A program made the position numbers and the translations under genes. The notes beneath the pieces are model-generated. The model was not told where the DNA came from. It saw only the letters and a program-made list of their open reading frames with translations, and ran no database searches. Shown here piece by piece: positions 50,930 through 62,980 of a DNA stretch of 64,000 bases. Each line of letters opens with the position of its first letter. Within the stretch, counting starts at the first letter, position 1. This stretch comes from Phoronis australis (Eukaryota; Animalia; Phoronida), in the NCBI GenBank assembly GCA_002633005.1, contig NMRA01000363.1, positions 370,935 to 434,934 of the forward strand, in the 5' to 3' direction.

Positions 50930-52096
50930 AAACAAGACTAACGCGGAGCGTTGAAATGCGTCCACGAATGCATCGCAAATGGTGTGCATTTAGGGTTGTT
51001 TATTTGTATCATCAAAATGGCAAAATACGTCGAATTCGTCTGAAAACCAGAAAATGTCATCGTTTCTTTAAAAGAAAGCCATTTACCTAATGAAATTCAT
51101 CGAGAAACTTCAGAGAAACAGGAAAATGAAAAACATGAAATTGCTACTAGGTGGCACAGTGTTCGTCGGATCCATCTAGGAGGCACCACAGTAGTCAAAG
51201 TCGTCGGAAAATCAGCAAAAGAACATACACGCCAACATTCACAATCATCTTGAGAGTGGTTTGGATGACAGCGGGACGGACGCCAAAAAAGACTCAAAAA
51301 CAACAAAAATGGCCACTAGGTGGCGCAAAATACCTTGAATCATCCGAAGATGAACGGATAGCGTCACCTCACTAATGGATGTCTATATGCCATATTTTAT
51401 GGATATCGGTTGAGGACCTTTGAAGATACAGAGATAAACGTAAAAAACTAAAATTGCCACTAGGGGGCACACCGATAGACCGACTTGTCCGAAAATCGTC
51501 GTCGTCCGTTGTCATCTTCATATAAATACATTTGCTAAATTGGATAAAGATCCCGTAGAGCGTTTAGAAGATACAGAAATGGGCGAAAAACAAACAAAAC
51601 TGCCATTGGTAGTCGAAGTCGTCGGAAAATCATCGTCAACTGTCTTCTTCATAGTAAGAACATACATCCCAATTTGGGCCGCAATCATCCTTAGAGTGGT
51701 TTGATTGTTAGAGAGGCGGACGCCAAAAAAACGACTAGAAAATAGTAAAAATGGCGACTAGATGGCCCAAAATCCGTTGAAGCCCTCTGAAAACGGGAGA
51801 ATAGCGTCAACTCATTTACAGATGCCTATGTGCCAACTTTCATGAAAATCGGTTGAGGACATTTGAAGATACAGAGGCGGACGTAAAAAACTAAAATTTC
51901 CACTAGGGGGAACAGCTGTATTCGGGTCAGTACGAAACTCGTCGCCCTCGGGTGTAAACCCATATGAATATACCTTCCAAATTTTAATAAGATCCTGCAA
52001 GGGATTTAGGAGATCCAGCCGCGGACGGCGAATGCCCAGACGCCCAGACAGAGATGACGGCAATATGTGACCACATATAAATATGTGGGCGCATAG
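50930..52096. mobile_element. Non-autonomous interspersed repeat (Helentron/HINE-like) with internal ~420-bp tandem units
   Basis: Starts aacaag and ends in a subterminal hairpin ccacatat-aa-atatgtgg. Internal duplicated blocks at about 51200-51480 and 51610-51915. Related relics at about 31150-31760 and 41110-41460. Confidence 0.5.
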
Positions 52097-52316
52097 TGAC
52101 AGTTCAGGCTTGCTATGGATATTATCTAAATTGTTTCAATATAGATTGACTAAACCAAAACTTTCCCTGCCTTTTTCAACCCACGAAGAGATAAATTATT
52201 GCGACCACGAAAACATGTAAGGATGCGTACCTCAAGTCAATAGATTTTATCGCAGAATACATCCAAAGACAACCAGAGCATCGGCAAAAGCTTGCTGTAC
52301 ATAAATAAATTAATAC

Positions 52317-52439
52317 CTGTACAGGACTTTCCGTCTCCCAGGAATCCAAAAAGACACGAACACAGGTACGACCCAACGTTGTTGATGCACTTGGCATTGC
52401 TATCGCATTCGAATTGCTTAGCTGCACATTCGTCGAAAT
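52317..52439 (-). CDS. EGF/sushi receptor: calcium-binding EGF exon
   Basis: DFDECAAKQFECDSNAKCINNVGSYLCSCLFGFLGDGKSCT; phase 1-1, 123 nt. The ORF track shows a different frame here. Confidence 0.92.
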
Positions 52440-53672
52440 CTTAAAACGAAATAACAAAAAGATGATCGCTACTTAAACGACCGGTATGTTTTTCAAAAGT
52501 TACTTCATATGCTAACCCTGGCGTGTATTATTTTACGTGTATGAAAACTGGCAGCAGTTTTCTTTCCTATCTTTGGTAACTAGGGCATAGCACTGCAGCC
52601 CTCCAGCCACCCTACTGTAATCGTCTGCGATAGGCAATGAGTACATTATCTTACCTTCATATTTACCAACGTTGCCATTGTTTCTATTCGTCGCTTCTCC
52701 CTAACGTTCAATGCAGTGTGTTGGTAATGCCTATTTTTCGTAACAAAAATATTACTGAGAACAAAACATAGGGCTTTTGATTCTAAAAGCACTCAGTCAG
52801 CACTAACCAAGTGATGGCGTTTCCTAACGGTTCCCCATTCAAGACCAGCAGCGCGTTCCGTAGATGCGATAATGTCGCAAAAACGCAAGATCACGCAAGA
52901 CTTCGCGAGATACCGCCAAGCATGACATCGTACTAGTTTAATAAGCAAGATCCTTTCGTCCCTCGAAATCTGCCACGTTCATTGGTTGGAAAAGCGAAAC
53001 AAAAACGCATTTTGACGAATAATAATCTAAAACCATGGTAACTACGCACAAAAGACTATCTTTTAAAATTCTTAACGGCCTTCTTTTTATCAATGAGCAC
53101 ATCAATTGACTAAACATGTCGTTTATGTTACAGATTATTCAAATTCGTTTGTACCGCAAAAACGATGATAACAGTTGAACAGATAAAGAAATTTAGCACA
53201 TACAGACATTACTTTGGGTATTGTTTTGAAGCTACATTTGTAAGCCTGTATCACATTTTATAATTTTATGGATTTAAACTCTGAAATTAGAGCATCTGCA
53301 TGTAGGACTGCTGCTATGTCTACAGACTCGCAAAATGTCGCAAATTTAACGACACGTTTGGTTTGTCCCAATAGGGTCTGAAGTAGTTGTCTAAGAGTGG
53401 TTGAGAGCACGCAGGGACGAATAGACTCGTGAACCCGACACCTGAGTTGTCAAGCACACTTTCTGTTCTAGCCACAGAGGCAAATCTGGGTGTGACAAAA
53501 CAAATTACAATGGAAACCCTTTTCAGTGAGAATGGCGTCATCATTTTCATAAAATAATTCATGTTTGTAAACAATATTCTATAGCTCAGCTGGTAAAAAC
53601 TTTACACGTCTGCTCGTGAGACTCGACGTACGGACCACTCGATTCAATTTTACAGCGAAACCACTGGCAAAC

Positions 53673-53795
53673 CTGAACATTTATCCCCAGTAATAATGTA
53701 ACCAGGTTCGCAGACACATCTGTAGGAACCTTCCGTGTTTGTGCACGTAGCATTCCGGGGACAGACAGTAGTCCCCGATTTACATTCATCCACGT
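53673..53795 (-). CDS. EGF/sushi receptor: calcium-binding EGF exon
   Basis: DVDECKSGTTVCPRNATCTNTEGSYRCVCEPGYIITGDKCS; phase 1-1, 123 nt. Confidence 0.93.
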
Positions 53796-53932
53796 CTGTA
53801 AAATAGAAAGGTATATCTGTCAAAAGCCAGCCTCGAGAACATGTACGCGGTGACACTACAAACTTTGCAACCTTAAAGAGGGTTTCATATAAATTGAAGT
53901 CTCACTCTCTGCGGCTCAATTTCTCCCTCGTT

Positions 53933-54085
53933 CACGCACACACACGCACGCACGCACGCACACACAACACACACACTCTCTCTCTCTCTTCTCTCCACCT
54001 CCTTCTCTCGCTCTCACTCTCTTTCTCTCCATTGTCTCTCACACTTCCACCCCCCCCTTCCCAAAACCCTTCCCACCACCTCCCT
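53933..54085. repeat. Compound microsatellite (CA/CGCA)n-(CT)n and pyrimidine tract
   Basis: Seen directly in the sequence. Confidence 0.85.
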
Positions 54086-54607
54086 ATTGCAAAACCCACG
54101 GACTTACATTAGCAGATCCGATTTCTGTGCTGTACAGGTTCGACTCGATTGCGTAGTTCTTGTTTGCTGTGCATGCTGGCGGCTATCATTGCATGAACTT
54201 AACATAAAATAAGAACCATGTTGCAGTGAAGATGTATTTGATGTTTTTTTTCGTGTCAATTTACCCTCGGTCCTTAGTGTTTACCGTTCCCGTTCAGCTG
54301 TGTCGTTGAATGGGCTGAGCATAAATGGTAATGTATTAATGGGGAATGCTGTTGATTTGTAGACTTTCGACTTTTGTAAGATCACCAGTATTTATAGTTT
54401 TTGACGCAGTGTCATGCCTGAACATTTAGATTGTAGATGGTTAACTGGATCGTTTGAATACGTAAGTCTCTACATGGCGAGTCCATTACTTTACAATTGT
54501 GTTCTGTTGGAAGGATGAGTGACAACTAAATTTGATGAATCTAGAGTTGAAACATCTGACACTTGACATGAAATCTGACAAGTTTATGAAGAACAAAGCA
54601 CACAAAC

Positions 54608-54730
54608 CTGTACAACTCTTGCCTTCTCTTTTGTAGCCAGGTTTGCAATGACAAGTGTAGGAACCTAGTGAGTTGGTGCATATAGCATTTTTGTGACAGA
54701 CAGGAGAACCGGACGTACACTCATCCACGT
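54608..54730 (-). CDS. EGF/sushi receptor: calcium-binding EGF exon (most 5' exon identified)
   Basis: [41 protein letters not shown]; phase 1-1, 123 nt. No signal-peptide exon was found in 54731-64000. Confidence 0.93.
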
Positions 54731-55689
54731 CTAAAAAAGAGAAATATTAGCCTGTCACCAACCTGAGGAAGTTACACTACGACAGTGACAAGTGGTATGG
54801 TGTTTACAATTTGATTTTTAGGAACTTAAGCGGAAGGAAGTGGAAACTAGACTATAGTCAAATCGGAAGTCATGTGATTGCTGACGTCACCATGGTTGTA
54901 GGGCGTAACACCGTCCACCAGCCCAAAGTTCAAGATGGGAAACTAAAGAGACTTTGAATACCTTCAAATCGGGTTGTAGCGACCAATCGAGAGTGGGAAC
55001 AAAAGGTTTCCTTATTTCACCTACACCAGTGCCACGTGTCGTCGTTGTATAAGTTATACCCTTTGCTCTCTCTCATTCCTCAACAACAGATGTTGTGTAT
55101 ACCCAACCCGTGAAAGGTACTAAACAAATCTGGAGACATTGTAACCATCTTAGAGAGAAAATACACCTTTTTATCTCGAACGCCGGAAATATTAGAAAAA
55201 ATGATTAGTTATTTGACCAAGTCCACAATACATTGAACTATGTTCAAGTTGTTGGAGAGTTATCATTTTCTTAACCTTTCACTTTACAGATTTTTATCTT
55301 TCGTTTCGCGTATGTGGTTTCTATTCCTTCGTTGTTTTCGTTCAGCCGTCTATATTCAACTTTCAAGAGCCTTTTTAAATACCAATTTTATTTTTAGTTT
55401 ATTTCTTAGATGAACCATCATCTAAAGTTGACTATTGGTTTTGTACAAACAGTACATCTATGGTGAGTTTATTTATTATAAGCAATTCTAATTACTCTAA
55501 CATTTTTATTAATTTTCTTTATCCGTAAGCAAGTATTGACAATAGTCAGCTACCAATATTTCAATTTCAATATATTTTTATAATCTGTGTAGCGTAATAC
55601 CATACTTTACAATGAGCGTTTAGACGTTAAATATATGTATACGAGTAACACCCGTCAACAAATTTTAAAACTGAGCGGTTGCTGGTTTT

Positions 55690-56077
55690 AGTGTCTTTAA
55701 CAAACAAATTTGCAATAAAGTCCATGTTCCTTCCTCGGCACCGATATAACAAATATAATATACAATATTGTCCAAAAACTGTCGACGAAAGTCCCTGAAG
55801 TTGTCTGGTCTGAGTTGTTCATCGATTCGTATTTCTATCGAGATGGGCTAGCAAGTAGTCTGGTAGCGGTTGCACGGCGTTGGAGTCAAAATATTCTCCT
55901 TTTCCATTCTCGGTCAGGTAAATAGCCACCCAGTGTGTTCCAGGTTTGTGGCTAGGATCGTAATTTGCAAACGTAAGCATTCGGACGTGAAAAGACATCA
56001 CTTGCAAGACAACCGCTAAAGACCTGTCCGACAAAGACACCACTTTCTAGAATTGAAGTAATCTGATCAGTCCTCAT
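55690..56077 (-). pseudogene. Polinton adenain-like cysteine protease relic
   Basis: MRTDQITSIL..; NYDPSHKPGTHWVAIY..EYFDS; QLQGLSSTVFGQYC, with Phe at the expected catalytic Cys position. Confidence 0.8.
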
Positions 56078-57000
56078 GGTGTGAAAACAAGCAAGGCGTT
56101 TCTAGGTCTGTCAATTTCCATAATGTTCTCAAACTCGGCATAACAAACGGCTTAGATTGTAAAAGGCAATGTCGATGCGAAATAGGCTTCCAGGCGGAAG
56201 TTTCCTTGTTTTTGAGAGTAAGCGACCCCATCCGATAGGTCAGGGGTCAGATCAAAAGCAAACGTCGTGTTACCCCCGGAATAATCCAGACGTCCTGTCA
56301 GTACCTTCGACCTCGTCATTGAGTCCGATTCCCGAAAACAAGGTCGTGAAAACCTGGTTGTGGTGGCATTGACGGAACCTGCACCCCATCGACGTAAAGA
56401 GAGGGATAATTGATGTTGTAATGCTTGAAATTGAAAGGGTTCTTGGCATACGATCTGTTGTTGGCGTCTGTATCACAAAAGTCCTCAGCAACGCTATTTG
56501 GAATTTGATCTAAAAACAAATTAATCCTCTTGTGTCATGTCCGGCTGGGATGGAAAACACTTTGCACCTTTATGTGTGCGAGGCTTACAGAGGGGCTGAG
56601 TTTCACTTCCCTGACGAATAAGGCGGCGTCTTGGATCTTGATTTTTAAACTCGCACCCTATGTCGGGGACATGACGGCGAACGAGTTCTTGCGCCGCACC
56701 AAGCGTTTGGTCAACGATGCTGAATAGGTTTCTGTCGTGCATAAATATGTCACTGTGAAGTTTACCGTTCATGTTTATGGTAGCGATCCCTGCCGCAATA
56801 GTTTTACGCGTCTTGCATCTTACATTAACGTCGCTTTGGGTGTGAAATTTGCCGCTAGTGTCCTTGTACCATAGTGCTGCAGTCAAATGACTATTCCTGG
56901 GCTCGCTTCCGTAAGACAACAATGTTTCCAAATATGCTGTGTAGCTACAAGTGGTGGTTGAAGGAGAAAGATTTTTGTTCAAGGACAGGCCAACTTGTCT
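56074..57000 (-). pseudogene. Polinton major capsid protein relic
   Basis: YTAYLETLLSYG..LTAALWYKDT..GKLHSDIF; KNPFNFKHYNI..LYVDG; C-terminus VCYAEFENIMEIDRPRN..*. Frameshifted. Confidence 0.8.
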
Positions 57001-58819
57001 AAACTAAAGCACCTTATTAAAATGCAACAGTCGCAGAGAGAGGTTGAAATAATACTTAACTGAAACCGTAAAAAGAAAGTTTTTTTCTCTCTGCTAGGTG
57101 GTAACAATATCTCCTTTCACGTGTTAGGTATACACGATAGTTGTTGTTGAGTTAGGTGGTTCCAATATCTCCTTATTAGTTTAATAGTTTTCACGCGTTA
57201 GGTCGAGAGAGANAGAGAGCCTTTCCCACTCTCGATTGGTAGCTACAACCCGATTTGAAGGTTTCAATTAGTGTCTCGTCTTGAACAATGCCTCGCCTCA
57301 CAACCAGGATGACGTCACTCCTTTCTCGTTTATTTATCACTTGCGTTTGACCTTCCTTCCGGTTTGCGGATGACGGCCCTTCCGGATCCACACTTGACCT
57401 TTGACCTCTCACCTCAGACCTATGACATTTGACCTAGGCGCCGCTCAAACAGGTTGCCGAAAAAAACTTACTGTACTACTCACGGAGAATGATTTTAATA
57501 AACGTGATCACATGATAATCACAACATATGGCCTTGCTTGTGGCACATCTACCTCAAGAGCACGCGTTCGAAACTTTCCGTTAACGTTCTCCGAAAGCAC
57601 CAATATTTAGATTAGCCAATTTATGCACACCATTTGCAGTTCAAAGTGATGCGACAAATACAGATACACGAATATAATGCAAGATGCCGAATTCGGAAAA
57701 CTGTTGAAAATGTTCTCTACTCTCGGAATTTGACCATGTGGCTAAAGAGTGAGAGGTCTCTCAAACCTAGTTGCCCCTTTTGGGAGCACGGTAAAAAGTA
57801 TCTGTATATTGACTTATTTCGGGCCTGGTTTGATAGCGCCCTGTCTCTGGCCAGATGACACAGGGAACCCTTGAGGTTTAATACTCAGACTTTTGAGTCT
57901 CGAGCCGGTTGTGGCTGGTGCAATGCAACGGAAACTTTGTGTATCAAGAAATCTTGGGCAAGCCACGGTGGAGAGAGTAGCGCCTGTTGCAGTAGGTAAC
58001 GTGATAGATATATCGAACCTGGGAGATCATCTGTGGCAGCAGCCCTTTCGCAGGGCTTACTTCAGGAACCAGGATAGAGAGCTGTTCAGTGTCACACCCT
58101 ATGGGCCTACAGATGCGGGAAAGCATTTGACCGGACTTTGTTGCCATGCTATGGACAGGGTAAATGGAGGTTAGGACCTAAACCTCAACCTGTACTTGTT
58201 ACATGGATCCAGACTAAAAACGGATGACCCAACCTGGTTGGGGTTCAAGTTACCAGTGCATAGGGCAGTCAAATGTGTCTTTGTGGCCACGGACGCCCGC
58301 CACAAAGACTCCTCCCTAGGACTGATATTGCAAGTGGTAGCACCTCATACCGTGTACACTTGCCCTGGGAAATCACTGGACTCTTCTATGGGTGTAGAAG
58401 GTGGATGCTGACGCAAAAGATATCCAGGTGGAGCGAGATGTGGCTTAAAGAATAAGGTCCCTTATGGTAGCGTGGCCAAGAAAAAAATCATGTGGTCTTT
58501 GCCGCTGTAAAAGCCTGTTAAGGCAACACTTAAATACAGTCTCCAGCGGCTAAAACACCTTTATGACACCACAAATGCAAGTATTGTTCATAAAAATGTT
58601 GTTTTTGATTCTCACATACCACAGAAAGTAATTAATTGCGACGGAAATTACACCGCTCAAAATTTGGAGCCCCTACGAGCACCCCACAAAAAATCTCAAC
58701 CAATCAGCGTAAAGTGTTTCAAATGACTTCACCATGGCAACGAAATTACTCGAAAGCCACACTGCCTAACATCTGAGTGCCATTTTTTGGATGTTCAGTA
58801 CTTGTCGATCTCTCGGCTA

Positions 58820-58960
58820 AAGTGCCGGGTTGCGTGGTGCTCGGGTGTAGCAATGTCAGCGGCAATGACATACTTTTGCAAAACATCCTCATCGATCCTG
58901 TCTTGTGCCGTGCGCCGGTGGAACACATTCGTATCCAGAACCAAGGACGGGCGACCGCTC
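58820..58960 (+). pseudogene. THAP-domain relic of a DNA transposon
   Basis: PGCVVLGCSN...DP..(frameshift) RRWNTFVSRT. Confidence 0.4.
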
Positions 58961-60885
58961 TTGTGAGTTGGCTTTCGGCGATTACGTCGCCTGACAGTTT
59001 CTTTTCTCTACATTTATTCATTTGTCAATTGTTCTTAGCTGTCACAAGGTTGCATATATGTCACAACAAATTGTCGGAACTGCTTTCATTTCGTTACAAC
59101 TTTTTAGTATTTTTAAGATAAGCAAACCGAATTTTAGCATAAACTTTGCTGCTGCGAAGCTGTCATCATGTCCCAAGAGACGTCACAAAATTTTAAGGAC
59201 GGCGCGTACGCATGTCACGAGCAAACTGTTTTCAAAACTACGACAGACTTTATTTGTTACAAAAGCGGAGAATTATGCTAGAAAATGACGTTTATTAGAT
59301 TGTTTTTCATTTAAATGACTGGCAACGGGCAAGGTGAGTGTCGGAATTGTCTCCCAGATTTTGCATGCACTCTGTCGGTCGTTGGCTCCGCGATATAAGC
59401 TTCACGAGGAGGTGACTAACACAACTCATACCCGGCCTGTATGAAATTTTGTGATTTAACGGAGCTCAATTCGCAGGGAAACCTAGCTGTATTTTTGCGA
59501 TATTTTTCAAACAGCTAACTGGCTGTCTACAATTCTACAGTGCGCACTTTGACTTTCTTTGATGATGAACACTCCTAGGAATACCAAATCTCACACTGCT
59601 CCACATCAAGTCCGGGGCTGCGGTTATGCTATCCAATGATGTAACTTCAAAAATCCTGCTTGGATTTAGCGATAGGGACACCATTGCAGTGTCTTGTGGT
59701 AAACTAAGACCAAATTGTATAATACGCACAATATGGTGGGTTAGAGCCTACATGTACATGTATACTGAGGTCAGAGGACTCCGCTGAAAACCCATTCCCA
59801 CCTAAATTGCAACAAATCACCAATCACTGCAAAGTCAATGGTTCTAGAGGTTATTGTTAGATGGTAACGTTTAATATGTAACAAGAGTCACGAGTTTAAA
59901 TTTTTTGTCAAAAACCGGCAAAATACTATAGACCTTACTCTGACTAATTTGTCTGCAGCAAACGTGGTAGCAAACACAAGAGTGGATAATGTACTCTCTT
60001 CATCTGGCCACACATAAATCAGGTTTTAAGCGACAATTTCTTTGTTCCGCTCTTTTCTAGGTTTTGGAACACCAATGATGTTAGCTGGGAACCCTATCTT
60101 TCAAAGGTTTCCAAACTCCTTTGTACGCTGGAAACAAAAAATTTCCGAATTCTTTCTGATGTTAACAAATTGGCAGATGACATTAACAATGCCCTAACAA
60201 AGTCAATACTTATTTATTTCCTGTCCCAAACGCCAAATTAAGATCTCTGGCAAACCAAAACAAAATATTTGGTGGACCAAAGAACTGGCAGCACTTCGGG
60301 GCAAGGCACGAATAGCTCACAAAGCTGCAATTCAGACAGAGAGACGGCTGCTGGGATGCATATCATCTGTATGGTCGCATATTTAAACCTGCCACACACA
60401 TGCTTCAATGTAATTCCAAGAGGAACTTTGTCAACAAACCAACACCCTCTCTGCATCTGAAAGGATGTTGCAATTGCTTAAGAAAGGCAATCCTTCAGGC
60501 TCAAAGTCATTCAGAAAGAGGATGGCTCATACACGCAATCCCTCGAGGAAACGCTCGAGGTCATTAGGGTTAGCACTATCCCAATATTGTAAGCTTTTCA
60601 AGTCAATTTTCAGAAGTGACGGATTCCAAGGAGTGTGAACCGTTAGCCTACGCTGATGTAGAAAACGTATCCCCACCACATGTTGTGCAGTTGGTTTTTT
60701 TAAAGCATGAATGTTCCCAAGACTAGCCACGATCTACCTTAAAATGCTGCAAGAGCCCCGGACACCATTATTTCATGTACTCACAGCAATTTACAAACCC
60801 AAACTAGGTTGTATTCCCGCGACTTGGAAAATGCCAGGGAAGAATTCATGCCTTTTGGCTGAAAACTTTGGACCTATAACTTTAA

Positions 60886-61621
60886 AGGAGAATGCCACCC
60901 GACTTAATTAGTCTTTTTTACCGTCTTAATCGGTCTATATCCACATCGCCTCTTATGGGATCGACCTCACCTTGCCAGGAGATTTCGCGTTCACCTGTGA
61001 GAAAGGTGAGAAACGACGCAGCGACGTCAGTGGTTCATCTGCAGAATGAATGCCGCTATATTGCGGTGTATCGTTCCCGCTTGTCCGAACTATGAAGCTG
61101 TGAAGAAAGCGGCTATATCGTTTTTTTGACTTCCTCGAAAGCCCGAAATACTTAGGAAGTGGCTCGCGGTAGTGAAGAAGGAAAGTTACGCTGTTAAAAG
61201 CAAGTGTGAGGCCGTTGTCTCCTTGTCTGTTGCCGGCATTTCATCGGCAGTGATTTCTCTGACGACTTCCAGCTTACCAAAGAACTATCCATACGTTCCG
61301 TTGCCTGTGCATGTTCACGGCGCCTCTCTAGTATTGATCATGTATTCCGGTTCGAACTGATACCCTGTGAAACCTAACGATACGACCCGTGAAGTCTTCG
61401 TCGGATGAGCTCTCGACTAAGTCGGGATTGGCGGCGGGCGAGTTCCTATTTAGACGTTTATTATTCTGCGTTCTGTTTCAAAATGAATGATTCTCATCCT
61501 AACCAATGCTTATATAAAACTGAAACAAAGTCTGTCTCATTAGATATGTGCCGTTATCGAGTAGAACTGCTGGATCAAAATTGATACAAAATAGGTTTTG
61601 TTTTTTGGGTGACATTCTACT
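60886..61621 (+). mobile_element. Kolobok-type non-autonomous element with a THAP relic, inserted in the LINE
   Basis: TTAA on both sides (60882-60885, 61622-61625). TIR AGGAGAATGCCACCC / GGGTGACATTCTACT. Internal VPACPN..SFF*LPRKPEILRKWL..VCCRHF. Confidence 0.75.
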
Positions 61622-62077
61622 TTAACATTCGCCCTTCTCAAAGGACCACAGGGTGACGTTGCCTCACCTACCGTTTTCATGGTTATGGATGGCCTGCTTC
61701 GACCAATATCGTCTGACATGGGTCCAAGTTTAATAATTCAAGCCTATACAGACAACATTGTTTTCAGTGTGTCCAGCATCGATCCAGGCACGTGTGACTA
61801 CTCGTAACTTGCTCAGAGAGCACTGAACACAGCAGTGGCATGAGCTAAAAACTGGTGGCAGCAGAACAAAGGTATTGTGTTCACTTGGGCTCAGTTGCAT
61901 AAAAGCTATAAGCTGTATAGCAACAATGATGTCGCATTATCACGCGCACGTTGTTGTTGTTGAACAATGCTCCTGATGTCAAAAATCAAACTTATCCAGC
62001 GGATAACTTTGAAGGTTTATGCAACCCAGCCCTTGAGACTGAATGGTCAACGCGGCATTTAAAGCTGAATGGTAAAC

Positions 62078-62222
62078 CATGGGCGGCGCAGCACTGAAAA
62101 AAGTGGGCAGCCATAGCCCTTCAGCTCCCTCCTGTAATGTACCGCCAATAGACCATGGGTGGCGTTGCTCTGAAAAAAGTGCGGGCTATAGACCCCCAGC
62201 CCCCTATGGTCCGCCACCCATG
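62078..62222. mobile_element. Short MITE inserted in the LINE
   Basis: Ends catgggcggcg / ccgccacccatg with an internal duplication; gtaaac on both flanks. Confidence 0.5.
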
Positions 62223-62980
62223 TAAACACCTTGTCTTTGCAGACAAGGTGATTTGCCTAGCTGTCATTTTACACACCCTCTTTGCTGTACCCAACAGAGC
62301 AGAAATTTCTCAAACGAAGACTGCGCTGGCGAGATGCAGTCTTGTAGTGGGTAAAACTTGGGGAATGTCTCCAAGAATATGCTCTGGACATACATGTACA
62401 CTGCCGTTATCGGACTTATAATGTCACAAGCTGTGTCGCAATGGGTGGCGGCGTTGAAACACAGCGCAGTTATCAACAAATTTAATCAGCTGCAACGTCT
62501 TCTTTGTTTGTACACCACCTGTACTTTTCCAGAAATGCCTTCTGCTGCCCAGAAATCCAACTCGGCTTACCACCCCTGTATATAGGTATACCTTCAGGAT
62601 AACGGTCAGTGGGTGAAAACTCACATTCCTTGTTCTGTTGGACAAAGAAGTCACAGGAACGTGTGCAATAAGCTAAAGTGCAAAACTGGGCAACTATTGG
62701 CTGTAGTGACGTTCAGATCACAGTTTAAAATGATACAATCAAGTTCATTACAGAGGTTGGTCACAGACGTCATATATCAGAGCACAGGGAAAGTAAGTAG
62801 GTTGTCACCATAGTTATAGGGTCACTGAGCTCTGCATGTTATTGAGAGAATGAGTAGCATGCTAATCCTGAATGGCCAATGACTCCTTGATGTACAGTAA
62901 TTCTTTAGCAGCTAGGCGCGAACAACACCTTCAGAATTTTTTATCTTCAACGGACAGGTACACTAGACAAGGACACTTGA

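Larger units (their letters stand above)
54825..57410 (-). mobile_element. Internally deleted Maverick/Polinton element
   Basis: Inverted repeat ccttcaaatcgggttgtagc(g/t)accaatcgagagtgggaa at about 54961-54999 and 57223-57261, enclosing capsid and protease relics. Confidence 0.8.
59540..62600 (+). mobile_element. Degenerate non-LTR retrotransposon ORF2 (LOA/R1-group-like) interrupted by nested insertions
   Basis: IWWTKELAALRGKAR (~60265); LGCIPATWK..PGK..ENFGPITL (~60800-60885); PQGDVASP..IQAYTDN (RT motifs, ~61645-61760); VGKTWGMSP..YMYTAVI..QLQRLLCL (~62345-62510). Confidence 0.75.
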
